Source of the DNA: Minisyncoccia bacterium
GTDB lineage: Bacteria; Patescibacteriota; Minisyncoccia; Phycocordibacterales; Phycocordibacteraceae
Assembly: GCA_041485695.1 (NCBI GenBank)
Contig: JBGPJZ010000003.1
Span: 1 to 57,113 of the forward strand
Direction: 5' to 3'
DNA: 57,113 nucleotides
Positions within the stretch are counted from its first letter, which is position 1. Each line of letters opens with the position of its first letter. The notes beneath the pieces were generated by a model. It searched no databases. It worked only from the letters and a program-made list of their open reading frames with translations, and was not told the origin of the DNA. Positions 46,967 through 55,930 of this stretch are shown here, in pieces. Made by a program: the position numbers and the translations under genes.

Positions 46967-48016
46967 TTAGCGCGATCCTGTGACAAAGTCCGGGACGAGT
47001 GCGCGGGCGATCTGCTCAAGTGTCGCTTTAGTGGCTACGGGGAGTTCCGCGCGTTTGAGTGCTTGTATGGCCTCCTCTTTATAGTACGCTGCGCGTTTTT
47101 CGAGCTCGCTTTGTGCATCGGTTTTGGCGAAAAGCGCGAGCACCTCGGTAACAGCATTCTCGCGGAGACTAACCCCATCGTAGAGGCTTTCGAGGCGCTT
47201 TTGATCCATAGGAGCGAGATGCTCGCGCGCAAATATCACGGGGAGTGTCTTTTTCCTCTCATAGATATCGCCCGCCGGTCTCTTGCCGGTCTTCTCGGAT
47301 GTACCCCAGATAGATTGCCAGTCATCGTAGAGTTGGTAGGCCATCCCAAGATTCTCGCCGAAATCCCCAAGCGCCGCAATCTCCTCTTCACGTTCCCCCG
47401 CAAGAATAGGAGCTGTTTCAGTTGCGGCGCGGATAAGTTTAGCGGTTTTGTGAGAGATCATCGTGAGATACGTTTCTTCATCCACTAAAGAGGCGTTAAG
47501 CTTCGCCGATGCAAGCGTAAAGTCGAGATACTGACCTTCAATCACTTCGAGATAGCGCTCGAGAAGCCGTTTCCGGACTGTATCTTGACGTTCTGAAGAT
47601 GCACCTGTCGGCCCGTCGAGCGCAGAGAGCGCAAGCAGGAGCTGGGCATCGCCGGTGTTAATGGCATGGTCAGTTCCCCATAATTTCCACACGGTCGGAC
47701 GGCCGCGCCGCAACTCATCGCGGTCGACGACGTCGTCATGGATAAGTGTAAAATTATGGAAAAGCTCGATAGAAAGCGCTGCCGGCAGAGCCTCATCAAG
47801 GATCCCGTAGCTTTCGGCGATAAGGAGGAGGAGGCCGGGTCGCACCCGCTTCCCTACGGGGTGAGCGACAGCAGTAAAGCGCTCATCAGCGTACCCCATG
47901 AAGTAGCGCATCATGCCGTACAGGGCGTAGTCGTTGCGTTGCAAAAATGCCTCGGCGCGCGCATCGATGCGCGCGCCGAATGTGCCGACAACTTCGAGAG
48001 GATCGCTTTCGGTCAT
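46967..48016 (-). CDS. Polyprenyl diphosphate synthase (FPP/GGPP type)
   Basis: GKRVRP, LIHDDVVD..LRRGRPT, GDAQL, GQYLD, QLYDD. ATGA-coupled to uppS. Confidence 0.93.
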   Translation of the reverse strand: MTESDPLEVVGTFGARIDARAEAFLQRNDYALYGMMRYFMGYADERFTAVAHPVGKRVRPGLLLLIAESYGILDEALPAALSIELFHNFTLIHDDVVDRDELRRGRPTVWKLWGTDHAINTGDAQLLLALSALDGPTGASSERQDTVRKRLLERYLEVIEGQYLDFTLASAKLNASLVDEETYLTMISHKTAKLIRAATETAPILAGEREEEIAALGDFGENLGMAYQLYDDWQSIWGTSEKTGKRPAGDIYERKKTLPVIFAREHLAPMDQKRLESLYDGVSLRENAVTEVLALFAKTDAQSELEKRAAYYKEEAIQALKRAELPVATKATLEQIARALVPDFVTGSR

Positions 48017-48717
48017 ACGCCGAAGTTGCGTTTGCGGTCTCGAAACTCGGCCAGATGCTGCTCGAACTCTTCCTTGGTAAAGGAAGGCCAGAGGGTATCG
48101 GTAAACACGAGCTCGCTGTAGATTGACTGCCACGTAAGAAATCCGGAGAGCCGCTGCTCGCCGCTTGTCCGAATGATGAGGTCAGGGTCGGGGAGCCCTT
48201 TGCTCCAGAGGGCATGTTGAATATCCTCTTCAGTCACGACCTCTCGGCCCTCTTCGATGAGCTGGTTTACGGCATGCACAATCTCAGCGCGACCGCCATA
48301 CGAAAATGCGATGACGAGCGTGCCGCGTTTGTTCCCAGACGTTTTTTCTTCGAGATTCTTCGCGAGCACTTGGACCTTCTCCGGCAGACGCGCGAGATCG
48401 CCGATAAAGCGTACGCAGATGTCCTCCTTCGCGAATTCCTCAAGCTCATCAGTAATCGCCTTTTCAAATAACGTGAGGAGGTACGAGACCTCTTCGGGAG
48501 CACGCTTCCAATTCTCGGTTGAGAATGCGTAGTAGTAGAGCGTGGTGACGCCAGCATCGAAAGCGGCTCGGGCGATCTCTTTCGCCTTTTCAAGGCCGGC
48601 GCGGTGCCCCTCAAGCGCAAGGAGGCCGTTCGCTTTCGCCCAGCGGCGATTGCCGTCCATAACGATGCCGACTGAAGCGGGGGCGCCTGTCGTGAGTGAT
48701 GTCGAATGATTACTCAT
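48013..48717 (-). CDS. uppS: Undecaprenyl diphosphate synthase
   Basis: IVMDGNRRWA, FSTENWKR, YGGRAEI, IRTSGEQRLSGFL. Confidence 0.96.
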   Translation of the reverse strand: MSNHSTSLTTGAPASVGIVMDGNRRWAKANGLLALEGHRAGLEKAKEIARAAFDAGVTTLYYYAFSTENWKRAPEEVSYLLTLFEKAITDELEEFAKEDICVRFIGDLARLPEKVQVLAKNLEEKTSGNKRGTLVIAFSYGGRAEIVHAVNQLIEEGREVVTEEDIQHALWSKGLPDPDLIIRTSGEQRLSGFLTWQSIYSELVFTDTLWPSFTKEEFEQHLAEFRDRKRNFGV

Positions 48718-48988
48718 AGGTGATGCTGAAGCTTTGATACTCTCCTGTCGCGGACCTGTATGCAAGAGCGACGCTGTCGACACGCGAAAAGAAGGAGCCG
48801 GCCTTTAAGCGCGCTGCAAAAGCGTCGAGTTTTTTACGAGGGCCTTCAGCAATGACACGGACGTCGCCCCCAGCAAGATTTTTCACTTCACCCACGAGTT
48901 CGAGGTCGCGTGCGCTGCGCACGGCGAAATCCCGATACATCACCAACTGTACGCGGCCACGCACGACCGCCTCCAGGCGCTCATTCAT
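48710..48988 (-). CDS. acyP: Acylphosphatase
   Basis: VRGRVQ.V.YR, GEVKNL..GDVRVIAEG. Confidence 0.88.
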   Translation of the reverse strand: MNERLEAVVRGRVQLVMYRDFAVRSARDLELVGEVKNLAGGDVRVIAEGPRKKLDAFAARLKAGSFFSRVDSVALAYRSATGEYQSFSITYE

Positions 48989-49027
48989 ATGTAAAGAAAA
49001 CTGCTCCGGTATGGCTTTGGTTTCAAG

Positions 49028-49100
49028 TGCACCCTGAGGGGCTCGAACCCCCGACCTTCGCAGTGTAAATGCGCTGCTCTACCAACTGAGCTAAGGGTGC
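49028..49100 (-). tRNA. tRNA-Val(TAC)
   Basis: TAGCTCAGTTGGTAGAGC, loop TT-TAC-AC. Confidence 0.95.
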
Positions 49101-49113
49101 TTGCGCTTGCTTG

Positions 49114-49195
49114 TGGGCACGGAGGGAGTCGAACCCTCAACCCTTGCGGGATACGCTTCTGAGACGTACGCGTATGCCAGTTCCGCCACGTGCCC
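49114..49195 (-). tRNA. tRNA-Leu(CAG)
   Basis: Long variable arm, loop CT-CAG-AA. Confidence 0.93.
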
Positions 49196-49196
49196 C

Positions 49197-49271
49197 TGGT
49201 GCCCCCACCAGGAATCGAACCTAGATCAAGAGCTTAGAAGTCTCCTGCACTATCCATTGTGCTATGGGGGC
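49197..49271 (-). tRNA. tRNA-Arg(TCT)
   Basis: Loop CT-TCT-AA, CCA encoded. Confidence 0.9.
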
Positions 49272-49378
49272 GATAGCACCTTCACCCTAGCGCACTACTA
49301 CCAAGTGAGAAAGTGGGGATTGAACCTCTGGGCTCACTCCCCCGAACGAGCATAGGGAGCAAGCTTTGGGTACAGAGC

Positions 49379-49669
49379 TTATTTTGATGGGTCAATGAAG
49401 CGGTAGGAGCCGTCCTCATACTTCGTGAACTCGCTCGAGCGATCAGTAAATATCTTCGAGAGCTTGTCGAGCTCCGACTGGTCAATTCCCGTTGTGGGCG
49501 GCGCCGGATGCGAGCCAAGCACTGCCCCGCCCGCGACCTGCCCGAAGAGCCAGAGATTCCACCCGACGCTCGCGACGAGGCACAGGAGCCCGATGACAAG
49601 GATGACGGCCCAGTCGCGGGCGGGTCTGAAGCGTTTCCCATAGGAGAGTTTGAAGTGTGGAATGTTCAT
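49379..49669 (-). CDS. Small membrane protein, last gene of the pilMNO-type operon
   Basis: One TM, coupled to the upstream gene. Confidence 0.7.
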   Translation of the reverse strand: MNIPHFKLSYGKRFRPARDWAVILVIGLLCLVASVGWNLWLFGQVAGGAVLGSHPAPPTTGIDQSELDKLSKIFTDRSSEFTKYEDGSYRFIDPSK

Positions 49670-50250
49670 AACGGTTGGACGCCGCTTGGCTTCGAGGCAC
49701 CTCCTTGTTTGTCAGCAGGAAGAATGCTCCCTGGCACGCTTACCGATGAAGACATCGAGCCTGCTGTAATCACGAGCGCCGCACTCCAGCCGGTTGCGGC
49801 TTGGGTCATCGTAATCGACGAAACGGTTATGGCGTAGGGCGCATTCTCTATGGCACCTATCGCGCGCATGACGGCATCGAATCCGCCGTCGATAGTAAGC
49901 GAGACTCCGAGCACTTGGTCGCCCTTTGCGCCCGGCGCCCCGATCGACACCACATTCACCTTCGCGCCGACAGCGGACCCGATTGTTTTAAACTCTTCCA
50001 GAAATGAGACGATATTATTCTCAGATATGAAGTAGCCCTGGACTTCGCCCTGTGAGCTTTGGAGCTTAGCGAGAGCGGCCTCGATGGAGCTCGCGCGGTT
50101 CGCCGTCTCGGTCTTCGTGTCAATCTCTTGCAAGAGACTCGCTGCGGTGGCGCTCTCGAGAGTTATCTTGTGGTACCACCAACCGTACCCTCCGAGAGCG
50201 AGCAGGAGCGTGAAGACCATAAGCACTACGTTGGTAAAGGACGAATTCAT
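49666..50250 (-). CDS. PilO-like type IV pilus alignment protein
   Basis: TM, coiled coil, then GGFDAVMRAIGAIENAPY. Operon position. Confidence 0.75.
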   Translation of the reverse strand: MNSSFTNVVLMVFTLLLALGGYGWWYHKITLESATAASLLQEIDTKTETANRASSIEAALAKLQSSQGEVQGYFISENNIVSFLEEFKTIGSAVGAKVNVVSIGAPGAKGDQVLGVSLTIDGGFDAVMRAIGAIENAPYAITVSSITMTQAATGWSAALVITAGSMSSSVSVPGSILPADKQGGASKPSGVQPL

Positions 50251-50807
50251 GGCAGTGTAAGCGTCAAGGTAATCGTGAATGGTATCTTCGTTTCTTTCGC
50301 ATAGGTTGAGACGGGCAAATCAGCCGCAGAAACAAAGGAGGCAGACTTGAGTGCGAGCTGGTACGCCTGTAAGTCGTCACGTGTTGCCGCAACGCCAGTG
50401 AGTATCGCCGAGGATGCCTTCTTAGTGCCGCTCGGGGCTGCGTACGAAAAGCCTGAAAGAGAGACGCGTGCATGCGGAACTTGTAAAATCTCGGTGAGCA
50501 CCTTGACGGTAGGTTGAATCGACCCAAGAGCTTCGATACGCGTCGCGCTCTTTGCGAGGTCAGCAAGCCGCGCCTCGAAGACCGCCTCGTCTGCCGACAC
50601 CCCAGAGGCTTTGAGGACGTCAAGCTGGCCTTGCCGCGCGCTTATTTGCGCTGAAAGCAACAGGTGAGTCGGCAAGAGCAAGATTGCGTGTACGAGAGCA
50701 AGAAAGGTAAGGAGTGCCGCCGCAAGCGCCAGCACGCGAAAGAAGTATCCTCGGCGAAAGGCGCGAATCCGATCCTCGGGCAAGAGATTGATTGATTCAG
50801 GGAGCAT
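50247..50807 (-). CDS. PilN-like protein
   Basis: INLLP start motif, TM, coiled coil, LTGVAATRDDL, PFTITL. Confidence 0.8.
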   Translation of the reverse strand: MLPESINLLPEDRIRAFRRGYFFRVLALAAALLTFLALVHAILLLPTHLLLSAQISARQGQLDVLKASGVSADEAVFEARLADLAKSATRIEALGSIQPTVKVLTEILQVPHARVSLSGFSYAAPSGTKKASSAILTGVAATRDDLQAYQLALKSASFVSAADLPVSTYAKETKIPFTITLTLTLP

Positions 50808-51882
50808 ATTCTCTAAGTGCGAGTCCGATTGCCGTCGAATACACCAGGGACTGTGTGTAGTCCAAGGGCGGCAGCCATTCGTCAGTCGGCGCGAAATTTG
50901 CAAAGACATTGCCGGTAGTGACCGGTATCCGGAGCGACCCCTCGAAATACTCGGCAAGACCGCGCACTGATGCATTCCCGCCGACGATTACCGCGCGGGT
51001 AACCGGCTCACGCCCGCCCGAAAGCGCTGCGTGCGCCTGCCAATACTCAAGGCGCCGCGCGATCTCATCGCGTATCGCTGAAGCGGTCGAGAGCATCGCA
51101 GCGAGATAATCTTCATTCCCCTCCCCCGGAACAATGCCGTGAGCAAGCTTCACGCGGCGAGCCTCCGTCTCGGTGACGCCAAAATGTTTCTGCACCGCGA
51201 GCGTGAGAGAGTGCCCACCGATCCCGATCGTAGTCGCGAATCGCGGGACACTAGAGGCCACTATGACGAGCTTCGTCGTCGTTTTGCCGATGTCGATGAT
51301 GAGGGTCGTCGTGGTATCCCCAAAAGGCAGTAGCGCGCGCGGAGCGGCAAACGTTTCGCTTTCAAGAGCCCGTACCATGAGCCCTGCCTCTTCACAGATG
51401 CTAGCCACGCCCTCAACAATCCGGCGCGCATAACCCACGCCGACGACGAACATGCCCTCGGCATCCTGTGACACAGGTACGATGTCGAAGGCCGTATCGG
51501 CGGGTGGCAGCGGCACGAATTCGTCGATATGCTGCTCGATAGCGGTCTTGAGCCCTTCCTTCGTAGTGCCCACAGCGTGCGTTTCAAAGAGATACGATTT
51601 CGACTCGGGCAGGCCGACATTCGCGATACGGATGCCCAGCTTTTTTCGCACTTCGCGGAGTGCAGCAATGATTGCTCCCCGGTCGGTGATGTCACCATCG
51701 GTAAACGCGGACCCAGAAAAACGGACATCGGTAAATGCCACAAGCTCAAGCCCGTGAGCGCGCGGCATGACCAAGGCGCCCTTCACTCCGCTCGTCGAGA
51801 GGTCGATGCCGATTGCCGGCATCGTGAGATAGTGCGGAGGTGCGAAGGCTGTGTGTGCAAAACGCAAAAGAGCCGAGGCCAT
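50797..51882 (-). CDS. pilM: Type IV pilus assembly protein PilM (actin-like)
   Basis: IGIDLS, LIIDIGKTTT, IGIGGHSLT, VGGNAS, AIGLALR. Confidence 0.92.
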   Translation of the reverse strand: MASALLRFAHTAFAPPHYLTMPAIGIDLSTSGVKGALVMPRAHGLELVAFTDVRFSGSAFTDGDITDRGAIIAALREVRKKLGIRIANVGLPESKSYLFETHAVGTTKEGLKTAIEQHIDEFVPLPPADTAFDIVPVSQDAEGMFVVGVGYARRIVEGVASICEEAGLMVRALESETFAAPRALLPFGDTTTTLIIDIGKTTTKLVIVASSVPRFATTIGIGGHSLTLAVQKHFGVTETEARRVKLAHGIVPGEGNEDYLAAMLSTASAIRDEIARRLEYWQAHAALSGGREPVTRAVIVGGNASVRGLAEYFEGSLRIPVTTGNVFANFAPTDEWLPPLDYTQSLVYSTAIGLALREYAP

Positions 51883-51901
51883 TACTCCAAGTATAAACGA
51901 T

Positions 51902-52228
51902 TTAGTGTGCGCTGGTGCCGGGAGGGACAGGGTTGCTGGGTGTAAGAAAAGCGAACGATTCGTCCTCGCCTACCGCAAAGAGCATGCCGTTCGATTCGAA
52001 TCCGCGTATCGTGCGCGGTTCGAGATTGGTAACAAAAGCGAGCTGGCGGCCGACAAGGATTCCTGGCTTCGGTATGTACACGGCGATACCGGAAATAATC
52101 TGGCGCGGCGCCTCCTCGCCGAAATCAACCGTGAGCCGCAGCAATTTATCGGTGTCGGGGATATGTTCGGCTGTTTTGACGGTGCCGACCTTCACTTCAA
52201 TCTTTTTAAAATCATCAAGTGCGATCAT
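51902..52228 (-). CDS. Stand-alone tRNA-binding OB domain (Trbp111/MetRS C-terminal/CsaA-like)
   Basis: DDFKKIEVKVGTV, DKLLRLTVDFG, RQIISGI, NLEPRTIRGFESNGML. Confidence 0.92.
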   Translation of the reverse strand: MIALDDFKKIEVKVGTVKTAEHIPDTDKLLRLTVDFGEEAPRQIISGIAVYIPKPGILVGRQLAFVTNLEPRTIRGFESNGMLFAVGEDESFAFLTPSNPVPPGTSAH

Positions 52229-52628
52229 GTTTTGAAAGGTAGCTCGTAAGAATGAGGGCCGCGGCAGAGGCATCGACATCTGCGCGCCGCGAGGGCGCGC
52301 GCGTTTTCTCAGAGGGGTTATGCTGACGCCGCGCCTCCGCGCTCGTGAGCGTCTCTGATTCATAGAAAACAGGCACGCCTGCACGCTCGTTGATGCTCTT
52401 GCCGAGCGAGCGCGCTTCGTGTGCGATGGGATTGTCATCTCCAGAAAAATCTTTGGACTCCCCCACCACCACGGCTTCTACTTTCTCTTTTACAATGAGA
52501 GCGCACATCTCTCCTGCGAGTTTAGGCGTATTCGGCACGATGCCGTATGGGAAGCCCATCCGCCCAGCCTCATCCGAAAGGGCGAGGCCGATTTTCCGGC
52601 TCCCGTAATCAATACCTAGATATCTCAT
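52215..52628 (-). CDS. yqgF: YqgF/RuvX family nuclease
   Basis: LGIDYGSRKIGLALSD, VVVG, ETLTSAEA, DASAAALIL. Confidence 0.92.
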   Translation of the reverse strand: MRYLGIDYGSRKIGLALSDEAGRMGFPYGIVPNTPKLAGEMCALIVKEKVEAVVVGESKDFSGDDNPIAHEARSLGKSINERAGVPVFYESETLTSAEARRQHNPSEKTRAPSRRADVDASAAALILTSYLSKHDRT

Positions 52629-52651
52629 ACTCCTATGGTATGCTAACCGGC

Positions 52652-52951
52652 ATGTATATGCACGACTGGAGTCCGTTTTATAGCCCGTATGCCGCAGGGC
52701 TGTGGGGCGTATTCGTCCCACTTTTAATCGTGGCGGCGCTGTGGACTGTCGTTCTTAAAGGGTACTCTTTATGGTATGCCGCACGCGACGGGCAAAAGTG
52801 GTGGTTCATCGCGCTCCTCGTCGTCAACACTCTGGGCATTTTGGAAATTATCTATCTTCTCTTCTTCCGCCCTTCGGCTCCTTACAAGCACGTCGTCGAA
52901 GATGTTAAAAAGAATGCTCCGCCAGTAGGGTCTTCATCACCTACGGCGTAA
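52652..52951 (+). CDS. DUF5652-like membrane protein
   Basis: WTVVLKGYSLWYAARDGQKWWF...NTLGILEIIY. Confidence 0.85.
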   Translation: MYMHDWSPFYSPYAAGLWGVFVPLLIVAALWTVVLKGYSLWYAARDGQKWWFIALLVVNTLGILEIIYLLFFRPSAPYKHVVEDVKKNAPPVGSSSPTA

Positions 52952-52957
52952 GAGCAG

Positions 52958-53042
52958 GGAGGGGTGGCAGAGCGGTCTATCGCGCTGGTCTTGAAAACCA
53001 GAGTGCCGCAAGGCACCGTGAGTTCGAATCTCACCCCCTCCG
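52958..53042 (+). tRNA. tRNA-Ser(TGA)
   Basis: Long variable arm, ctggt-CT-TGA-AA-accag. Confidence 0.95.
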
Positions 53043-53070
53043 CCCTTAGAGCCTGGTATACTTTATGCGT

Positions 53071-53541
53071 ATGCCTCAAGCGATTTTCGAGTGGCACGGG
53101 CAGGAGTACGAACATAACCTTAAAAGCGCCGATTGGTACTGGGCGGTCGGCATCATTGCGACCGCGCTTGTCATTGCTGCCGTGCTCTTCGGTTACTACC
53201 TGCTCGCAGCGCTCGTTGTTATCGCGACGGTAGCGCTCGCGCTCCATGCGGCTAGGCACCCGCCTCTGCACCGCTTCGCCATCGTTGACCAAGGCCTCAT
53301 GATTGATAACGACCTCCACCCCTACGAGCACATGCACTCTTTTGCCGTCTTCGAATATATCGAGGGTAACCGCCCTCCTGTACTTTCGATCAAAACTGCA
53401 AGCTGGTTTTCACCACACCTCGTCATCCCGCTTAATGAGGTTGACGCCGATGCTCTCTATGAACATCTCCTCGCACATGTCGATGAAGGAGAGCACCAGC
53501 ACTCGCTTACCGACTTGGTAGCGGCTTGGCTCGGGTTCTGA
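53071..53541 (+). CDS. Two-TM conserved hypothetical protein
   Basis: FEWHGQEYEH..KSADWYW, two TMs, C-terminal beta domain. Confidence 0.8.
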   Translation: MPQAIFEWHGQEYEHNLKSADWYWAVGIIATALVIAAVLFGYYLLAALVVIATVALALHAARHPPLHRFAIVDQGLMIDNDLHPYEHMHSFAVFEYIEGNRPPVLSIKTASWFSPHLVIPLNEVDADALYEHLLAHVDEGEHQHSLTDLVAAWLGF

Positions 53542-53557
53542 TAGATTGATTTTTACT

Positions 53558-53629
53558 GCTCCCGTCGTTCAATGGATAGGACATCAGCTTGCGGAGCTGA
53601 TAATGTCAGTTCGATTCTGGCCGGGAGCA
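53558..53629 (+). tRNA. tRNA-Arg(GCG)
   Basis: tcagc-TT-GCG-GA-gctga. Confidence 0.92.
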
Positions 53630-53646
53630 CTTGTAGAATACGTAGA

Positions 53647-53718
53647 CCTCTCGTCGTTCAATGGATAGGACGGCTCCCTCCGAAGGAGCTGATGCCAGTT
53701 CGATTCTGGCCGAGAGGA
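53647..53718 (+). tRNA. tRNA-Arg(CCG)
   Basis: gctcc-CT-CCG-AA-ggagc. Confidence 0.9.
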
Positions 53719-53722
53719 CTAG

Positions 53723-53989
53723 TTAAGCGTTTACGCGAGCAATCGCTTTTGCAAGGCGGGACTTTTTGCGCACAGCGGTGTTTTTGGAGATGACGTGAGT
53801 CTTTGCCGCCTTATCGATTGCTTTAAAAGCTGCCGGGAGGAGTTTTTGAGCATCACTCGCTTTCCCTGCCGCAACAGCATTGCGCACCTCTTTCACCGCA
53901 TCGTGGAGAGTGTTCTTACGACGCACGTTAAAGACGCGCCGACGGAGCGACTGGCGGTGCGCTTTCTTGGCCGATTTCGTGATTGCCAT
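53723..53989 (-). CDS. rpsT: 30S ribosomal protein S20
   Basis: MAITKSAKKAHRQS, IDKAAKTHVISKNTAVRKKSRL. Confidence 0.97.
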   Translation of the reverse strand: MAITKSAKKAHRQSLRRRVFNVRRKNTLHDAVKEVRNAVAAGKASDAQKLLPAAFKAIDKAAKTHVISKNTAVRKKSRLAKAIARVNA

Positions 53990-54043
53990 GTCGCCCCACC
54001 TTACGACAACAAACAATTTCCCGCAAGCGAGCACGTAAGCGAA

Positions 54044-54119
54044 GAAGAAAGGTGCCGAGAAAATAGTCTGGCCGAGCGAAGCGAGGAGGCCCGAGGACTT
54101 TTTCGCAGGCGCTTTCTTC
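54044..54119. repeat. Hairpin element family B, intergenic copy (core 54061-54108)
   Basis: Long imperfect hairpin (gaagaaag/ctttcttc, gtgcc/ggcgc, agtc/gact) with GAGCGAAGCGAG apex. Core 45/48 identical to the ileS copy. Confidence 0.85.
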
Positions 54120-54147
54120 GAAGCAGTGCGAGCGTTATGATGGGGGC

Positions 54148-54690
54148 ATGATTCGGCAGGTACGCGGCCAGATCCTCTCCGTCGAACCCTTGGGGGTCGT
54201 TATCGACATCGCAGGCTTTGGCATCTTCGTTCGGCTCGCGAACCCTGCGGCGCTCACCGTCGGCAAGGAGGCTACTGTCCTTACTCACATGGCAGTGAAG
54301 CAAGACGGCATTGAGCTTTACGGCTTTCTCGACCCAGCCGATCTCAGCTTCTTCGAGCTCACGCTCGCGGTGCCTGGAGTAGGCCCCAAAACTGCTCTCT
54401 CCTTGCTCCGCCGTTCCTCACGTGAGCAGCTTGAAGGCGCTATCGGCAAGCGCGACATCGCCTACCTCACCCGCGTCGTCGGGCTCGGCAAGAAGAGCGC
54501 GGAGAAAATCGTCGTCGAGATGGCTGACAAAGTCGGTGCGAATGCGCACGATGGTGAAGACGCGGAGGTGTTTGATACCTTGATTGCGCTCGGGTACACC
54601 GAGCGCGAGGCGCGCAGATCGCTTGCCGCGATTGATAAAGCGATTGTGGGCAAAGAGGCGCGTCTCCGAGCCGCACTTTCAAACAAATAA
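54148..54690 (+). CDS. ruvA: Holliday junction helicase subunit RuvA
   Basis: LYGF, VPGVGPKTAL, GLGKKSAEKI, LIALGY. Confidence 0.96.
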   Translation: MIRQVRGQILSVEPLGVVIDIAGFGIFVRLANPAALTVGKEATVLTHMAVKQDGIELYGFLDPADLSFFELTLAVPGVGPKTALSLLRRSSREQLEGAIGKRDIAYLTRVVGLGKKSAEKIVVEMADKVGANAHDGEDAEVFDTLIALGYTEREARRSLAAIDKAIVGKEARLRAALSNK

Positions 54691-54691
54691 T

Positions 54692-55918
54692 ATGCATTTT
54701 CGGCGCACGTTCCTTCTCCCCTATCACTACCTCTGGGCACTTGGCTCTGCGCTCTGGTACGGCTTCCCTGCGCGTTCGCTTATCGTCATCGGCGTGACCG
54801 GCACCAAGGGCAAGTCGTCAGTTGCCGAAATGCTCCACGCGATATTGACCCTCGCCGGGCACAAGACGGCGCTCGCCGGAACGATTCGTTTTGCGATCGG
54901 GGGGGATTCGCGGCCGAATCTCTTTAAGATGACCTTGCCCGGCCGCGGCTTCATCCAAGCCCTCCTTGCTGAAGCAGTAAAGGAGCATTGCACGCATGCG
55001 GTCATCGAAATCACCTCCGAAGCAGCACTGCAATACCGCCACCTTTTTCTTGATTTAGACGCGCTTATATTTACTAATCTGCAAAAGGAGCACATCGAGT
55101 CGCATGGCTCGTTTGAAAAATACTTCGATGCGAAGTTCAAAATTGGTGAAGAGCTCGTACGGTCGCCGAAACGCCCCCGGGCAGTTGTCGCGAACATTGA
55201 CGACACGCGGGGTAAAAACTTCCTTGCTCTTCCCGTTGAAAAGCAGATTCCCTTCTCCTTTGACGAACTCCAGAACCCGCAGATAAGCGAATCGGGCTCG
55301 ACTTTTAGCTACCAGGGCACGCGTTTTGAGCTCCCGCAGCCTGGACGTTTTAGCGTCATGAATGCTCTCGCGGCGGTGAAAGCAAGCGAGTTCCTCGGTG
55401 TCCCACTTGAAACGGCCGCTCGTGGGCTCAACAAACTCACGCGTATCCCTGGCCGGGCCGAACGCATCGAAGCTGGCCAGGATTTCCTTGTCATCGTCGA
55501 TTATGCGCACACCCCGGACTCTCTTACGGCCCTCTACGAGGCCTTCCCCAATCGCCGCAAGATTTGCGTCCTTGGCAACACGGGGGGCGGCCGCGACACG
55601 TGGAAGCGCCCCTTGATGGGAAAAATCGCCAGCGAGGCGTGCGACGAGGTAATCCTTACCAATGAAGACCCGTATGACGAAGACCCGAGAAAAATTGTAC
55701 ACGAAATGGCTTCAAAGATGGAGCGTGCGCCCACCATAATCATGGATCGACGCGAGGCGATACGCGCAGGACTCGGGCTTGCCCACACGGGCGACGCGGT
55801 ACTTATCACTGGCAAGGGCACCGACCCATTCGTCATGGGGGCAAGGGGCACGAAGGAGGCGTGGAGCGACGCACGCGTCGCTCGCGAAGAACTCGATAAG
55901 CTCTTGAAAAAAGACTGA
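54692..55918 (+). CDS. murE: MurE-family amino acid ligase
   Basis: GVTGTKGKSS, FTNLQKEHIESHG, VDYAHTPDSL, LITGKG. Confidence 0.88.
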   Translation: MHFRRTFLLPYHYLWALGSALWYGFPARSLIVIGVTGTKGKSSVAEMLHAILTLAGHKTALAGTIRFAIGGDSRPNLFKMTLPGRGFIQALLAEAVKEHCTHAVIEITSEAALQYRHLFLDLDALIFTNLQKEHIESHGSFEKYFDAKFKIGEELVRSPKRPRAVVANIDDTRGKNFLALPVEKQIPFSFDELQNPQISESGSTFSYQGTRFELPQPGRFSVMNALAAVKASEFLGVPLETAARGLNKLTRIPGRAERIEAGQDFLVIVDYAHTPDSLTALYEAFPNRRKICVLGNTGGGRDTWKRPLMGKIASEACDEVILTNEDPYDEDPRKIVHEMASKMERAPTIIMDRREAIRAGLGLAHTGDAVLITGKGTDPFVMGARGTKEAWSDARVAREELDKLLKKD

Positions 55919-55930
55919 TATCATACGCAC

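Noticed and set aside
49379-51882. pilMNO without a secretin gene as an anomaly
   Set aside because: Expected for a lineage without an outer membrane.
51902-52228. Split MetRS (short metG plus a separate OB-domain gene) as a novelty
   Set aside because: Short MetRS and free Trbp111-like domains are common.
55915-55926. Third copy of the TrpR-type palindrome (tgatatcatac)
   Set aside because: Too short and lacking the central spacing. It is explained as an extended -10 (TGaTATCAT).
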